A stretch of DNA of 64,000 nucleotides from Tubiluchus corallicola. Its lineage: Eukaryota; Animalia; Priapulida. The position numbers were made by a program, and so were the translations under genes. The DNA is taken from assembly GCA_030141605.1 (NCBI GenBank), contig JAQGDQ010000163.1, forward strand, positions 186,001 through 250,000. Reading direction: 5' to 3'. The notes below the pieces were generated by a model. That model did no database searches and was not told the DNA's origin. It saw only the letters and a list, made by a program, of their open reading frames with translations. Positions 27,201-42,200 of this stretch are shown piece after piece. Position 1 is the stretch's first letter. The number at the start of each line of letters is the position of its first letter.

Positions 27201-30200
27201 TTGACTATACCGATGCAAAACAAGGAAGAGAGGGAAGGACATCAGCTTCATCTTCATAATCGATTACTTGGATAAGAAATCGATTCGATGATCAAATATG
27301 ATCAGTTTTCAAGCATAAAAAAATAGTAATTTAGAAATTTCTAACAAATAACACTTTGAGTGTAACAGGTTTGTTAGCCTAACCATTGCTGCTTTAATTA
27401 CAATGTTGGTAGAAAAAACAAAAAATATAAAGTAAAGAATAAGCTTTAAATCAGCCTATTTTATTAGTTTGGCATTTATAAAACTGTCATCGTTGTTTGC
27501 GTGCTTATACATACTTATTTTTGTTTACAAAAATCATGTGTTCATGCTTATGAGAAACCTCTGAGTCTAAGAAGCATCACCGTTACTACTCGAAAGTAGT
27601 GCCACATTGCTGGATTTCACCTCAATGACAGTTATGTTTATCTTGTGATTTTCCTGGTTTTTCTGGAAAATAAGTGCAAATGGCAATCGATTTGCAGCGG
27701 CAGCTGAAAGAAAATATCAATGATCGGAATCAACAGCCCAAACGATTGTAGTCGATTAACTGGTCCCACCACTAATAATGAATACTAAACTAATAATAGT
27801 AAAAGACAAAGAAGTAGAATGACCAGTTACCCCATTCGACGTCAAAGCCACTGAATGCTCAAAACCACAAGAAACAATTTTGACATCAATACCAATGAGC
27901 TTATGAACTCGCTTTGGACCTTCGATCAGACCAATGCTTTCTTGATGACCAAGTCTGAAACAAACAAGGGCTCAAACAAACAAACAATCATCACCATTGC
28001 AAAGTTTTAAGAAGATAGTTTGTTAGCCTATTGGTAGCTTCAGTATATGACATGCATTACATTTAAACATGCAGGTTACTTTGTCACTCAGTAATATACT
28101 AATGCCAATGCTTGTTTACACTTCAATATTTGTAGAAGTGGTAGTTTCTTTCTGAAAATTTCCATGCTGCACGTCACAAAATAGTGAAGCATACACATCT
28201 TTACAAAAAATCCCGTTTTCTTGTCAATAGATAATAACTAAAAATTTGTATAACATAAGCTTACAAAATATTCACATCACCTGTGTCGCCACCTACTCAG
28301 TTATTACTGAACTAAAAGAAGCTAGTGTTCCTTGTGAATACTCAATTATGACAAAAGAAAAACAAATTATTTACTTTTATAATATTTTTTATTTGTCATA
28401 AAAAATTCAAGTTATATTTTCCGATATAAACTATAAGATTTTGCATTTCATCAAACTATTATTTCAGTTTCAATTCACTGACTACTGCAAAGAAATAACA
28501 TTATAATTTTTGTTACACTACCTGCCATCTTCCACACGACCCCAGGTGTACAATTCACCTGCTACTATAGCTGCCGCATGCGAATAACCACCAGCGAGCG
28601 GGACCGGACGACAAGGTACAATCACCGTCCTAGACATTTTACGTGGCTGAAATTACAGAAGCAGCAAACATATTTCATATTAATTTTCATACTGTTAAAA
28701 GTGTGTCTTTTCTGGGAAACAGCTGCTCGAGCCTACATACATCTTGCACTAAGATTTTATTAGTGTATAAACTATGCCAGCTGCATCACTGAGTTATAGT
28801 TTAACAATATTAAAAGCTAGATGCAAGTACTTAAAAGATTTAGGTGCATCCATTGCCTCCACGGAACACTGAACTGCTTTTTCTGTGTTTTGCTGTTTGT
28901 TGCTATTTTATAAGTTAACTTATATAATAGTGTAGGCTTTTTGACACATTTTGTGAAGGTCTATTATTGGTCATAAGCTGCTTAACCTTTTTTTATACAG
29001 TTTGTAAAATATATTGTCATATCAGTCCTAATACCCTCATACTAAATTATGTTGTTGTTATATGTCCCGTATTTAGTGTAAAAGGTGATAAATAAATGAC
29101 TTACTTACTTACTTATGAAGCACTAAGTACATTTATCAAAAAACATTCGGTTTGACATTATTTTTAATGTATCTAGTACATTGTTTTTGGTACATCTAGT
29201 ATATTATTTTTGGTACATCTAGTATATTATTTTTGGTACATCTAGTATATTATTTTTGGTATGTCTGGTTCTGATGCATTCCAGACGTTGAGCCTTTAAC
29301 ATGCAATTATCAAAAAACATTTGGTTTGATTTGCTCTTGAAAAACCGAAACCAAACACTGCTTTTTGTAGCATATCTGATAGGTGGAAATGGCACTCAAA
29401 GAAGCATGTTTGCTTCTTTTGGCTAAGCTAAAGCATTAGAAGCAGTACGTATTTCTCTTCTTTGATTAGATTTCCCTTCTTCATAAGGTATATTGACTAT
29501 GATTTTTGTGACACTAATAACTCAAGAAAACGTCGCATAAAATGCGACCAAGGTCAACTAACAACGGAATAAAGATTTCACGCTAAATTAGTTGCAAATG
29601 AAAGCTGTATAAACCTACAAAATGCAAAATTTGCAAAGAACTGCAAGCAATTTTTCCAAAGTCAAAAACAAGAAAATATTTAAATTTCCTAGAGTCAGAA
29701 AGTAAATTGTTTTCAAAAAACCAGTAAATAATCAATCAATAGAAAGCACTTTTTATTTTTAGAAATTTGTCTTGGAGTTTCTGGACAAAAATTAGGCTAG
29801 AACTTAGACCAAAACATAATCCCTTTAAAAAAATCACCTCTTACCTGTCGTTTTTGTTTCTCTTGCTCACTCTTCATAAAGGTCGCATCAAAAGTTTTCA
29901 TTTTCAATGCCTGTTTCTTGTGCAACATCAGCAACACCGACAAGTAAAATTCCATTACGTCTTCCACAATGAGTTCTTCAGCTTCCAACTCTGCTACAAT
30001 GAAATCAATTGGCTCGCTACCAACAGAGCTAGATGATCCGGTGAAGGAACTAGAGTAAAAGAAAAAACAAATATTCTGATGAACGTTACGCTAACGAATA
30101 TCAAATAATCATAACTAATCAGATAAAATTTCAATTTGCATTTTTAGATACAATCACACTTATGTCATCTGTATTTTAATTTATAGCAATTAGCAAATTA

Positions 30201-33200
30201 TTACGTGACAACCTAGCCACTGGGGGGGGGGGGGGCAAGCCAGCCCAACTCAGTGCCGGTCTACAGTGAGGCTTCCACAGTGAAAGTAGTGGAAGCCTCG
30301 AAAAAGATACAAGAGGCAAGATTGCGACGGTATGGACACCTGAGAAGAAGAGTCGGTGAAGATCATGTGGGAAGGGCGGTCATGGAAATGGAAGGGCTGG
30401 GAAATAGAAGAAGAGGACGACCCAAGCGGATGGTTTGAATGTATTATGTATTAATGGAGACCTTAGAGAGAAGAACATAAATGAAGAGATGGTCAACAAC
30501 AGGAATGCTTGGAAAAGACTCATTCACAACGGTGACCCCGCATAGGGAAAAACTGGGAAAAAGAAGAAGAAGAAGCAAATTATTACGTGACATTATAATA
30601 TTATATTATGTAAAAATTACGTAATATTCAGTACAGTAATAAAATGACCTTTTTATGGAAAAGTTTCTTTCTGTTTTATTTTTGATCTCACGCAGAAAAC
30701 CTAATTGAATCAACATTCATGCATTTCTAAAAAATTTACAGTTTCCAAAAAATTATCACTTTTTAATTCACATAGCAAAGAAGTCTAACAATATTGTTTT
30801 CTTAAAGTCTGACAATGCATTCAGGCATTAGTATGATGCCTTAGTCCTGCTATAATTTCCTAAATTTTTTGTAAATTGCTATTAAATTCTACAAATATAT
30901 TTACAGAAAAATTGCTCACTTAATTATTTTTCGTCAGTTATTGTAAGTGGTGCAAATGAATGGTGTATAAAGAACATTTTATTAAAATAGAATAAACCAA
31001 TCATTGATATAATCATAACAGCTAATGTTTACCTTTTTGAAACTAAGTGGCATGAAATACTAACTGCAACGAAATTACTTTTAAGACCGAACTTTCAGTG
31101 AACTAAAGACGTACCGTTTACGGTGCTGTGTGGCTTTGCTTAAAAAAGGCTTTAGTGCTGCACGAGACGGATCGAACTGTACAGCTAAGTGTAGCAAGGT
31201 TTCAGCATCCAGGTATAACATTGTGTCCAATACGAGGGTCATATATTTGAAGGCTACGTGGGGGTGAGCCAGCAGCTGCATGATGAGATCCGATGATGTC
31301 ATACACTGGATCAAAAACTCTAAAAAATGCAAAATTAACTTTGTTATAACAATATGATGATAAAGAGTGCTGTCAATTTGTTTTGCATAATTATGACTTT
31401 GTGGTTAAGGTTACTTCTTAGATTTAAAGGAAAACAGGACCCAATGTGAAACAATGGCTCAAAACAATCTACTCTATAAAATACTAAAAAGGAATAAACA
31501 ATTTTTTTAAGAATGACTTACATGAAAGAATTATAACCAAGCAAAATAACCCATTATTATGCGTAACTTTGCATTTGTGTAGCTAGATCTTTGTGGTTAC
31601 ATGGGATTGCATGCATTTTCCCATTTGCTAGTCAGATGGGCACTCGGAAATGTATTGCACAAAAACAGGTGCTGCACCTCTCAGTTTAGAAGATGTGGTT
31701 GTGGCCTAGTGCACAAGTTTGAGAGCTCAAGTGTGAGCACAGCAGTAAACTTGAAACTAGAATGTTAAACTTAACATATGCCAACTTTTGTATATCACAT
31801 AGAACGTTGTACAGTAGCACTGTACTTCAATTTTTGCTTTCGTAACCACATACAACCGGCCCATGGAATGTTTGTGCTTTGAAAATTATATTCGCTTGTG
31901 ACGTCATCACTAGCTGGTTTCCTCGATCGTTAATTAAGTTTTTAACTTATTATGTAAAAATCAGAGACACAATGATATTACTGAATATGGTAAAGACATA
32001 CTTCTTACCGTACTTCAAAATGGGGTAGGATATGAAAAATCATCCTGTCTTCCCTTAAAACTAGTTTTTAAATTAAATACTAGTACTGACTCTCAAATAA
32101 TTACTCTGGATGCAACAGGTTCATCTGAAGATACAATATTCTGCTTATCATTGTTTCTGCATTTGTCATCCATCCAGGAACTTAATGGAAACAAGTATGC
32201 GAAACTAATGCGCTGTTTTTGAAAAAAAGCAATATTAGTTATTACTAAAAAGTAATATGATGGTTAAAAACTTAAAAGTAAAAATCAAGAGACTCACAAG
32301 TTCACCCCACAAAAGGGTCTCTTGAAGTCTGAGAAATTTTCACCTTAGTTTTATTAGAAGTTTGTTTGCTTTTAAAATCGTGAAGGCAAAAATTACTTCC
32401 TTACTAGGATTAGTGATGATAGCATGAATGCCATCCATAGTCGGCCGTGGCGCCCTCTCTGGTGAAATCGGAACATCGAAGTGACCCTGCTCTCCCAGCA
32501 TTTCCAGCGTCTCTGACAACAGCCCACACCTCTACAAAAAAGTGTCAAAAATTACTTTTATTTCTTTTAATTTGTAAACTTGTGAAATGTATAGCACATT
32601 TTCACTTGAAAATTTAAAACATAATTAAGAAATATTTTATTAGAGAATGTTAAAATGAATCTTGATATATGATACACATGCTTTTGCAAGCACCCATTAA
32701 CTCGCTAAGCACATTTAAAGACAATAATACAGATAATACCAATAATATAATAACAATTAATAATAATATATAACACCAGCTTTGCAAAGCTCCAATGATA
32801 ATAAAACATAAAATGTTTTAAAATATGTTAAAACGTAAGGAGGTAAAAAACAAACTTTGTTTATTTGACGTTAATACCTCATAGCGACAGACGAAATTAT
32901 GGAAAAGATCTGCATCTTTTAGCAACACCATTATATTACAGATTAGAGTACGCATCAATTATAAAATTGAAGATTTAACAAATCACTAATTGGGTCCACT
33001 ATAACATTCTCATACCTTTGCTAGCAGAAAAAGTAAGTCATACATCCCATATCGTGCCAACAATTCCAATGCAAATCTTACATCGTAGTTAGAAGTTGTA
33101 TGCAAAAATTCCCTATGAAAATTGAAAATGAATGCTATTTGAAAAGACCTGCACACAACATATATTTATAACAAATGAATACTTAAGACAAGTAATTACC

Positions 33201-36200
33201 AAAGTCTTGTTCAGCTTATGCACACCAAGTCGGTGCATACAAACAACTTGCTCAGACTAATTTTAATTCCTGCTTAGCAACACGCCAAAGTTTTTTCACG
33301 GTACAAACTAGACAGCCATTATTTATATTATACTAAAAACACGTTAAAACACGATAAAAACCATGAAAATCACGTTATAATTAAAAATATCTTTATAAAA
33401 ATAACTCTTTGGTAAATAAAACTAACTTCTTGTCATGCAAAGTAAAAATGTTATTAGACTGCAATAATGAATAAAGGCACCATTCAAAAATACTGTTTAA
33501 TGAAAATCATTATTCATTACTGAACCATCAGTAACAAGAAAGACAGAATTAATTGTTCATTTTTGGACCTCAGTTAGTTAAATAACTGAATAATAAATTT
33601 TACCTGAATGATTCTAACAACCATGTTTTACTGGAACTCGAGTGTTCAATGACTTCATGTACAAAGCAGAGAAGAGCAATATTGGCAAGCTGATCCCGAT
33701 CTGCCATTGACAGATATAACTAAAGAGTAAAATAAATGCAAAACTGTAGAATAATAAATACTTATAATTCATTTGCCAAATTTAGATGTGGTGTTACTTC
33801 AATCCGATTGGAAACTGGTAGATACAAAGGCTGGCTTACCTGAAGTCCAGAGACTGTGCTTATTTTGTAACAGTATCAGTACTCAGTCTGAGTTGCATGT
33901 TTTAACGGGATGTGAACTTTATCAAGATAATCTATACACAAGTACAATGTGGAAAAATAAACATTTTAGTACAATGAACAATGTCGAGAAAATTTATTTT
34001 CTGTTAGGCTCATGATGGTTTATGAAAGTGAAACGGCCTGTAATAAAATTTTGTTACAAAGGAGTCAGCTAGTTCATATATACATATTACCTGCTGGGGG
34101 TCATCCTTATACTAACTTTTTCATTAGTTTAGCACAAGTATTTGTTTTAACTATAGCTATTTAGTTTATTTAGTTTCACTGTTGTGTTGACTCACCATTT
34201 ATATAATTGGTGAGTTTTGCTTATTGGAATTGATTATTTTTTAAATTCTTTGAAAATGTTTCAAATGAAGTAGCTCTCATCAGCTGCTTTTTCACAACAA
34301 TGCGGCTGCTGTTGCAGCTAGCAAAAGCAATTTTACTTTTTATGGATCATTATAGATTTTTTAGATTTTATTATTTCATTTAAGTCTCGCCTCATTAAAA
34401 CATTAATTAGACTCTATACATAAAATGAGCCACTCATTTAGAGTTAAAAGAGACTGTTAAAAACTATACATTCAATGATATAAAAAACACAGCAATACAC
34501 ACATTAACTGTAAAAGAAAAAAACTTTGCGAGTCATCACTAATGGTTACTTGACCCATCCCATCCGCTTGCAGCAAATTTTGAAAAGCTGAAATCTCGCA
34601 GCTATAGAAGTCTTATTTGCAAAACTATCACATTTCTGAATTCTTTTATCCCAAGTTCAGAAAGATAATTTAATGTTAACTTCAAGCAACAACGAGTTTT
34701 CTGGTCTCTATGATGTGTCATTTAATTTTAGGTCTTGGGTCTCCAATTGTCTAAACATAGGTTTATTACCTTATAGTAATATAATCAATCAACCGTATTG
34801 CTACAAGTACAAATTTAGTTCAATGTAAAGACATACCTTATGCAGAAGAGATAGGTGACTGTTTCATTCATTTTATGACGATGTTTGTGCATGTGTCATG
34901 TTGATACACATGCACAAACTTGCCATGCCTTGCCTTACTTTACCTTATCTTTAATTATTACAATTCTTTCCAGAAATAAAATTTATTAATTATAAATGTA
35001 GGATTATCCTTCTGGCTTCAAAGTCCAGTTTTCTCACTTGATCTGAGCTTTTAATGAGAACTTACCTTAGTATTAGACATCAAATTGCTGACATAAGCCA
35101 GAACTTTGCCAATGTGACCGTAGTGGACAAAGTTTGCAATTACACGCACATGAGGGCACTTCGATAGCTGGTACAGGTAGATGGCCTGACAAAATTGGCC
35201 TTGCTGAAGGTAGAAATCTGCAGCCAGCTCGTAAAGTCTGTACAGATCCAAGCCCAACGACACGCCTAAATGAACCAGAGAAGATGCTACATATCGATGC
35301 AAAAGTATTGTGTTAACGTGTTAAACAATCAAATACTTTTTTGGAAAAAAGTATTAGAATTAAAAGGTTAGCATACTTTTGAAACAGGAATATGTTTGAG
35401 ACATAGAGAAAAAATTAAATGTAGTCACACTGACTAAAGACTTGAATTATTCCAATGATTCACAGAACTAAACTTGAATTGCTTAGACTTTTCTTTATAA
35501 ACGTATTTGGCTGACAGTCAACTAAAAAGCAATCATATTCAAATCTACTTATTCAGCTATAACGTCAGGCTACACCACGCAAAACATAATTTTCCTACCC
35601 ATGAGCTTCACATAACAAAATTGCGATACTGGTACAGCACAATATTGTATATGAACTACCAAACCCTCTGCCATGAAGTGGAATTGAAATTAAGTTAAAG
35701 CAGTCACATTCCAGGGTTAGGCGTAAAATCTAACATCAATCTTGAAAGTGTATCATTACAGTAACTGACCCACATAGCACAGATTCCCATGGAAATTTTT
35801 GGGAGGCGATTTTAAGGTGAAATTTTTGGGGTCGACTTATACTTACAAAATGTTTTTGGGAGATGTCGCTAAAGAGTCGTCTACAGTACGAATATGTAAA
35901 GAAATAATCCTTCGTTATACGATGGACTGAATGAACACTCATACTGTGATACTTCACATCAGAGAATGTTCGCATCTTGACATTACTTCACAAAATTAAC
36001 AAATATTGCAGTAATTTATTTTAATGTTTGTGAAATTAAGTTAAAATTTATATATTACCGGTAAATAAACTAGCAACATAGCACTAGATCAGAACATGGA
36101 AATCGCCAATGTTGTGCAGGTGCTGCTGCCTGTCGGCTTCCGCAGGAAGTTTTACACTGGCCTTGTATAAGCGTGTTTTATAGGCAAAATATCGATTACC

Positions 36201-39200
36201 AGCATACACGCATATATAAAACACAACTATGCAGAGGTACTAATTTTAGTAAAGTATTTTTTTTCTTGAAATGGGAAGGTGATGAACCACAAGATTTAAT
36301 TGCATCATTGTAAAATTAATACTGTTTACTAAAGTCAAAGTTCAGACGTAGGCCTATATTCCTTTACTGATTTTTTTACTTGGCCTAAATCTATCGGGCA
36401 GGTATAATATACTCGGCCCAGGCACTTGTACGTATCTTACACACTAACACAGTAAGCTATTGATTTATTACTCGGCCACTTACTCTGGAAGATCTTAATA
36501 TTTTATGGTCGACTTGTACACAGGCAATATATAAAATGATGCAATTTTTGGTGTTAATATGCGCACCAACTTGTACATAAGGTCGACTTGTACACACGGT
36601 ATAAGTATATATATATATACTTGTATACTTGTATATACAGTAAGTAGAATATTCCAAGTTCAAATCCCAGACAAAAATAATTTTTCATTTCTTCTTTTTT
36701 CAAGCAGGTTCTTAGAACAGTTTCTACTATGGCATGAACCAAAAAACCAACTAAGAACTTAATAATTCATGTTCAGTGGACTTAATGTTCATCAGAAATG
36801 TCAAAAATTTGTTCAATTTGCTGAGAAAGAAAATTTGATTAAAATTTCCAAAGACATAAAGTTGTTAAAGTTAACAGTTAACAAACAATAAAACATTCTC
36901 TTATAAGAGTGAACACTTTAAAATTTTCCTTTCAACTAACTGGACAAGAAAATCAGTGTCTTTCTTGCAAATAGATCAAATTCACAGCATTTCACCCACC
37001 AAGTTGTTCAGTGACTTCGCTCTCATAATTATCCAGTGTCAAATCCAGAAACATTCTCTCAGGAGATATCCGAGGCCGACATTCGTACACCGCACTCTCC
37101 GTGACGATCAGGCATCCAGTCAGCACCGTGTGATGTAGCAGACGAATCACCGTCAAACTTCCGAATGCACCCTGTAGGACTTCTGCCATGTTCTCGCTGC
37201 TACTGCCACGACGGACGATGCCCAAATTGCCTAAAATGAAAGAAGTTTCATCGTAATATGCCCACATTGCTGTACCTTGTGTATAGATCTAAGATAACTA
37301 TGATTAAAACAAGTGAAAAAAAATAAAAGTGAACAAAGTGGTAGGTAATGACTGCTCATATAATTTTTACGATAACCACAAGTGCCAGCCATCAAACAGA
37401 AACACATGTTATTACCTTAAAATAGTAGAATGCCTTCAAGCCAGTTTAAGTATTTACAGTTCGTTTATAAATATTTACTAAGTCGAATGCCAATTAAGTC
37501 TCAAAAAATCCTTTCATTTTCTCTTCATCCGTCACATCCCTCTCATCTTTCAAGATCTGGTCTACATCAACTTGATTTGAAAAGATGCAGTCGTTGAAGG
37601 ATGAAAGCTACTGAGTTTCACAAATAATTTTTTGAAACTTAATGGGCATTTTGACTTCTTTTGCGGTTATGACCATGGCAAGTTTTAGAAATGCACCAGG
37701 CTATTTTCGAGCTACTTATTTGAGATCTATAAAAATTCCAATAATCAGACATCCAAGTGAAACTTCTGTTAAAAATGCCCAAAATAAGTAATTTTATTAA
37801 TGTCTGTTTCGTTCAACATGTCAAAAATTGCTGCACGTTAAAATACAAAATTAGATTCTTTTGCTAATTTAGAGGAAATATAGCCACAGATTATGCAGCA
37901 TGCTCTCATGTTTCAACACTTGTGTAGTCTTTAGTATACACAATAAACTTGGTACAAATGCGGACATATAGGCGTTAAGAATAGAAAAGTTTCAATTTGA
38001 ATTTATTTTAATGTAGCAAACAACTAAAAACAGGTTTTAGCAGGGGTAGTTTGCTTGTTATGACAGTTTTGCATTTCTTATGTCTTAAAATTTTGTTTTT
38101 ACCGTATCTTCATTGTTTGTGTCTATTTCATTTATTCTTCAGTGCAGCGTAGCAACTACTGACATTACTGGTACTTTCACATTTTAACTTTTCAGAATAT
38201 TAACTATTATAATAACTTATAATTAACTAACTTAGTATGTTCAAGTTTAAGTGAAGTTTATTTTTACCCCAACACAATTACATTTTACATATATCAAACA
38301 ATTACAAATTGAATAAGATTGCTTTCAAAGGTTGAGAATTTTAGTCAACTAGTCAACAAATTATTAGTTTAACTCTTGTTCATAACATACCACTGTGTCA
38401 CAAATCACTCTGAAAGCAAGGCTTGTTAGAGTGAATTGACACTGAAAAGAGTATATGTGTACTTGCAAACCAAAACCGTCCATAAGTCAACATAGTTAAA
38501 ACTATGTTATGATGCGTCAAAGTAGAATGCACCAAAAATTTGGTCAAATGTCGATTCTTTTATTTTTATAAAAACAAATGCTGAATATATTAGACTTTTA
38601 TATTCTAGCATCAAATTATCAGGGAAATGTTCAAAAAATACTAAAAATCTAATTTTATTACTGCTTACCCACTCTTCTGCCTAACACATCTTTAAAAGCA
38701 GATTCAACAAGAATGGCAGAATACACAGTCAAATATTTTTTTTCAAAACATTTAGTAAACTTCCTCTGTACCTGAAGCAATAGATATGTCAACTTTGTCG
38801 TCATTATCATCATCGCCGTCAGCAGACAAGGCAAACGAGACGACATCCGCACCTTCAGAAATTGATTCCGAAACTCGACGAAGATCGAAGTTCACTTCTG
38901 CAGTTGTTTCTTCTTCTTTTTCTTTTTTAGTAAGCGTACTATCTTGACCAGGTGCACTGTAAAGAAGACTCTTTGTACTTTTTCCTTGTGAATGTCTTGT
39001 GAATGACTATTAAAGGGGAAAAGAAGGTAATTTTATAGTCTATCCCAAAAAACTTTCCATACAAAGTTATGTTACTTAGTTATGTTAGTTACAAGTTATG
39101 CTTACCTGACTGAACAACTTATGTAAATGGAAAAGAAAATTCTTAATTTAAAATGTTCGCGCTAACTAGTGAAACTTCACTGTATCACCATCTGGCTCAT

Positions 39201-42200
39201 CATAAAACATGTTATACACTTCATTGACAAAATTTTATAATTTATACTGTTGCTTTAGTTGGCAAAGAGGGTGCTATGAATAGTTTGATGTATTTTTCCA
39301 AACTTTATGTAATGTTATCTAAACTTCAAACAACTTACCATTAAAATAGCTGCCCCTATCTTGAGAGTATAAATTGGTTTAAATTTACAAGTTTTACATA
39401 CAGCGTTACTGTTAAAACAAACTCTGCAATCAGACAGCATGTAAGTGACACAAAATTTCAAAACAATTTTTTAAAGCTTTATTTACTAAGTGTACTTTCT
39501 TGTCCTTTGAAAACTTGAAAGCAACAACTCTTGTGCAAAGCAAAGTTCAGCTATTGATAAAAACAGCAGAATTATTATGAATATTGAGTAATATAAAACA
39601 CTGATTGCCAGTCAAATTAATTATCGATCAAAACTTTAAAACGTGAATTTATTTAAAGCAATTCCAGCCATATGCATGGTTTGCAGAAAAAGAAAGCAAA
39701 AAATATGTTGTCATAGTCTGCTGGAACAGGTTAGCGTAAAACTAAAGAACAACAGCATGTTCGAAAAGCCTATGTATAATTGGTTTGTTTTTGTAAATAC
39801 GTGCAATGTAGCATTAATTTATAGAGTTTTAAAAGCCACTTGCAGTTGCTTTTTAACATATTGATGACAACAATGTATAGGTGAATAATGAGCAACCTAT
39901 AATATAGGCAAAAATGTAGGTGAATAATGAGCAACCTATAATATAGGCCAGAATGTAGGTGAATAATGAGCAACGAGCAACCTATAATATAGGCCAGAAT
40001 GTAGGTGAACAATGAGCAACCTATAATATAGGCCAGAATGTAGGTGAATAATGAGCAACCTATAATATAGGCCAGAATGTAGGTGAATAATGAGCAAGCT
40101 ATAATATAGGACAGAATGTAACACATTTTCTCGAAAGCTGTTAATTAATTGCATTAAACTATATATGCGGGTATTTATTATTTATTGTACGTACAAATGG
40201 TAGCATCTTAGCAACACAGTAAAAAAATATCAGTAAAAGTAATTGCTACAAAAATTAGTATTTACCATACAAATTCATATCTCTCAGAAGTAACTGGTCA
40301 AGACTATTAATCAAACAGGTATGACAAATAATTTCAGATAATTACCAGCGTACCTGAGTTCAGCAGCTGAGGAACGGTTTTGAAAACGACTTGCCTTCAT
40401 GTCACATTTCTCCTTTAATGACTTGAGAATATCCTCCCCAAAAGCGAGTGATTTGGAGGTGGTTTCTTTTATCACCTGAAAATGCACAATGTGCTGCTAG
40501 CATCTACTATAATGCATACACAGAAAACTTTGAAAATAATGGTCTGAATTTTTGTGTTTTTCAAGAAAACATAATTCCAAAAGCCAAACGACTCCATGTG
40601 TACGTAATGTGTAACCGTGATCGCTGTCGTCCGAATACGCATCATGCAGCAATACGCTGACAGGAAACTGCTGTTGCCTAGATGATTATAGTGAGTTTCC
40701 AGTTACCATATTTGCTGTTTAGCTTTCTAAAAATTCTAGTTAGGTGAATTTTGGTCACTTGAGGATCTATAAACAATAATATTTTTTTCTATTTGAAGTT
40801 TTGAGAGATGGAAGAAGCATGTTATTATGTGTTGCGCATCTAACTGCAGTATCACTAACGCATGATTGTATTGTTCTCTCCAGAGCAAAATGTTGTGCAC
40901 CAAAAACCTGTGCTTTATTTTGAATTTTTCCGTCTAACGGTAAAATAATAAGCTAATGCTGCAACTGTAATTATCATGCTTATATTTCGAGAGACATGAT
41001 TTCCAAAAATTATTGTTTGCAATTTTCACGAACAGTGACCAAAAATGACGAAAAGAGCAGTGTGGGTTTTGTTAATACGCATAGCGTTTATGAACACATG
41101 AAAACAGTTCAATACGCATTACACATTACGGATCACAGATCACGCATTACACATTACGGATCACAGATCACGCATTACACATTACGGATCACAGATCACT
41201 CGTTACACGAACGTAGCTTTAAGGTCAAAAAATGATAGACACACAAAAAATATTAAAGCAAAAGCTAAGTCTCTTGGGGAGCTGAGCTTATTTTAATATT
41301 TGGGAAAAATGTTAGACAGTTTCAGCAATAAAACTGTGACAAGCATCTCATGTAACTAGTAAAATCAATTTAAAGTCGTGATTACTTTACGCTTGGGCAC
41401 GCTCATTTTAGCGAAAAATGGGGTCATCTGGTTTCGGTGCATTGTAAATTCTTATCCTGCCAAGTGCTTCAGAAACCTTTTTAACCTACAGAGTAAACTC
41501 TATAAACTAAGCAACCAGCCCGGCACCTGCTACATGCTGGCAAGTTCACATGTGTATGTAAAAATCAACAAAAATCTGAAAATTAATTATTTACCCAATT
41601 AATGTTAATTACTTACACATTTTAAGATATAATCCTGCAGATTAAAGCAATGTAACCACAAATTTGATCATAATTGATCGAGTGACTAATTTCTAGAAAA
41701 ACACAGTTAAGCACAACATTAGAATAACGGCAAGTTCTTCTAAGCAAGCTGTAGAAATTTTGCAACGAGTACCTTCATACAACTTGCCTTTACGACATTC
41801 ATGCTGACCAGCAAACACCAGCTTATGTCATTTTTTTGAAATATGCCGGCATCATCGTTCGTTTGGCGGGAAATAAGAAATAAACAAATTTCTTTTACAT
41901 TTTTAAGCAAAGCATTTTATGCACATATTTTGTATTGTGATTTCAGTATTTTTAATTGTGCATTAAAATGCAATAAATGTTGTTCGAGGGTTGGTTCTTC
42001 CTTTAAAGATTTGAGCATCAAAGACACGTTTATGAAACAGGTAACTGAGCACCTAATATTCAAAAAGTGGATTACCAAAAATCGAAAAAAATGACCTCCA
42101 GTTAAGGTATGAAAGCAAAAACTCGGGGCAAAAAGTAAAGTGACCACATTTTAACTTTACCAGTTCTCCCATGTCGCCATGGATACCGTGTCGTAGTAAC

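Noticed and set aside
39876-40120. Regular repeats as a CRISPR array or a repeat-protein ORF
   Set aside because: Head-to-tail units with no unique spacers, in a eukaryotic intron; the ORFs are by-products of the minisatellite.
41843-42094. CSRVG resembling the Helitron helicase C-terminal motif
   Set aside because: Only five residues match; the upstream HGQLYV and other helicase motifs are absent.
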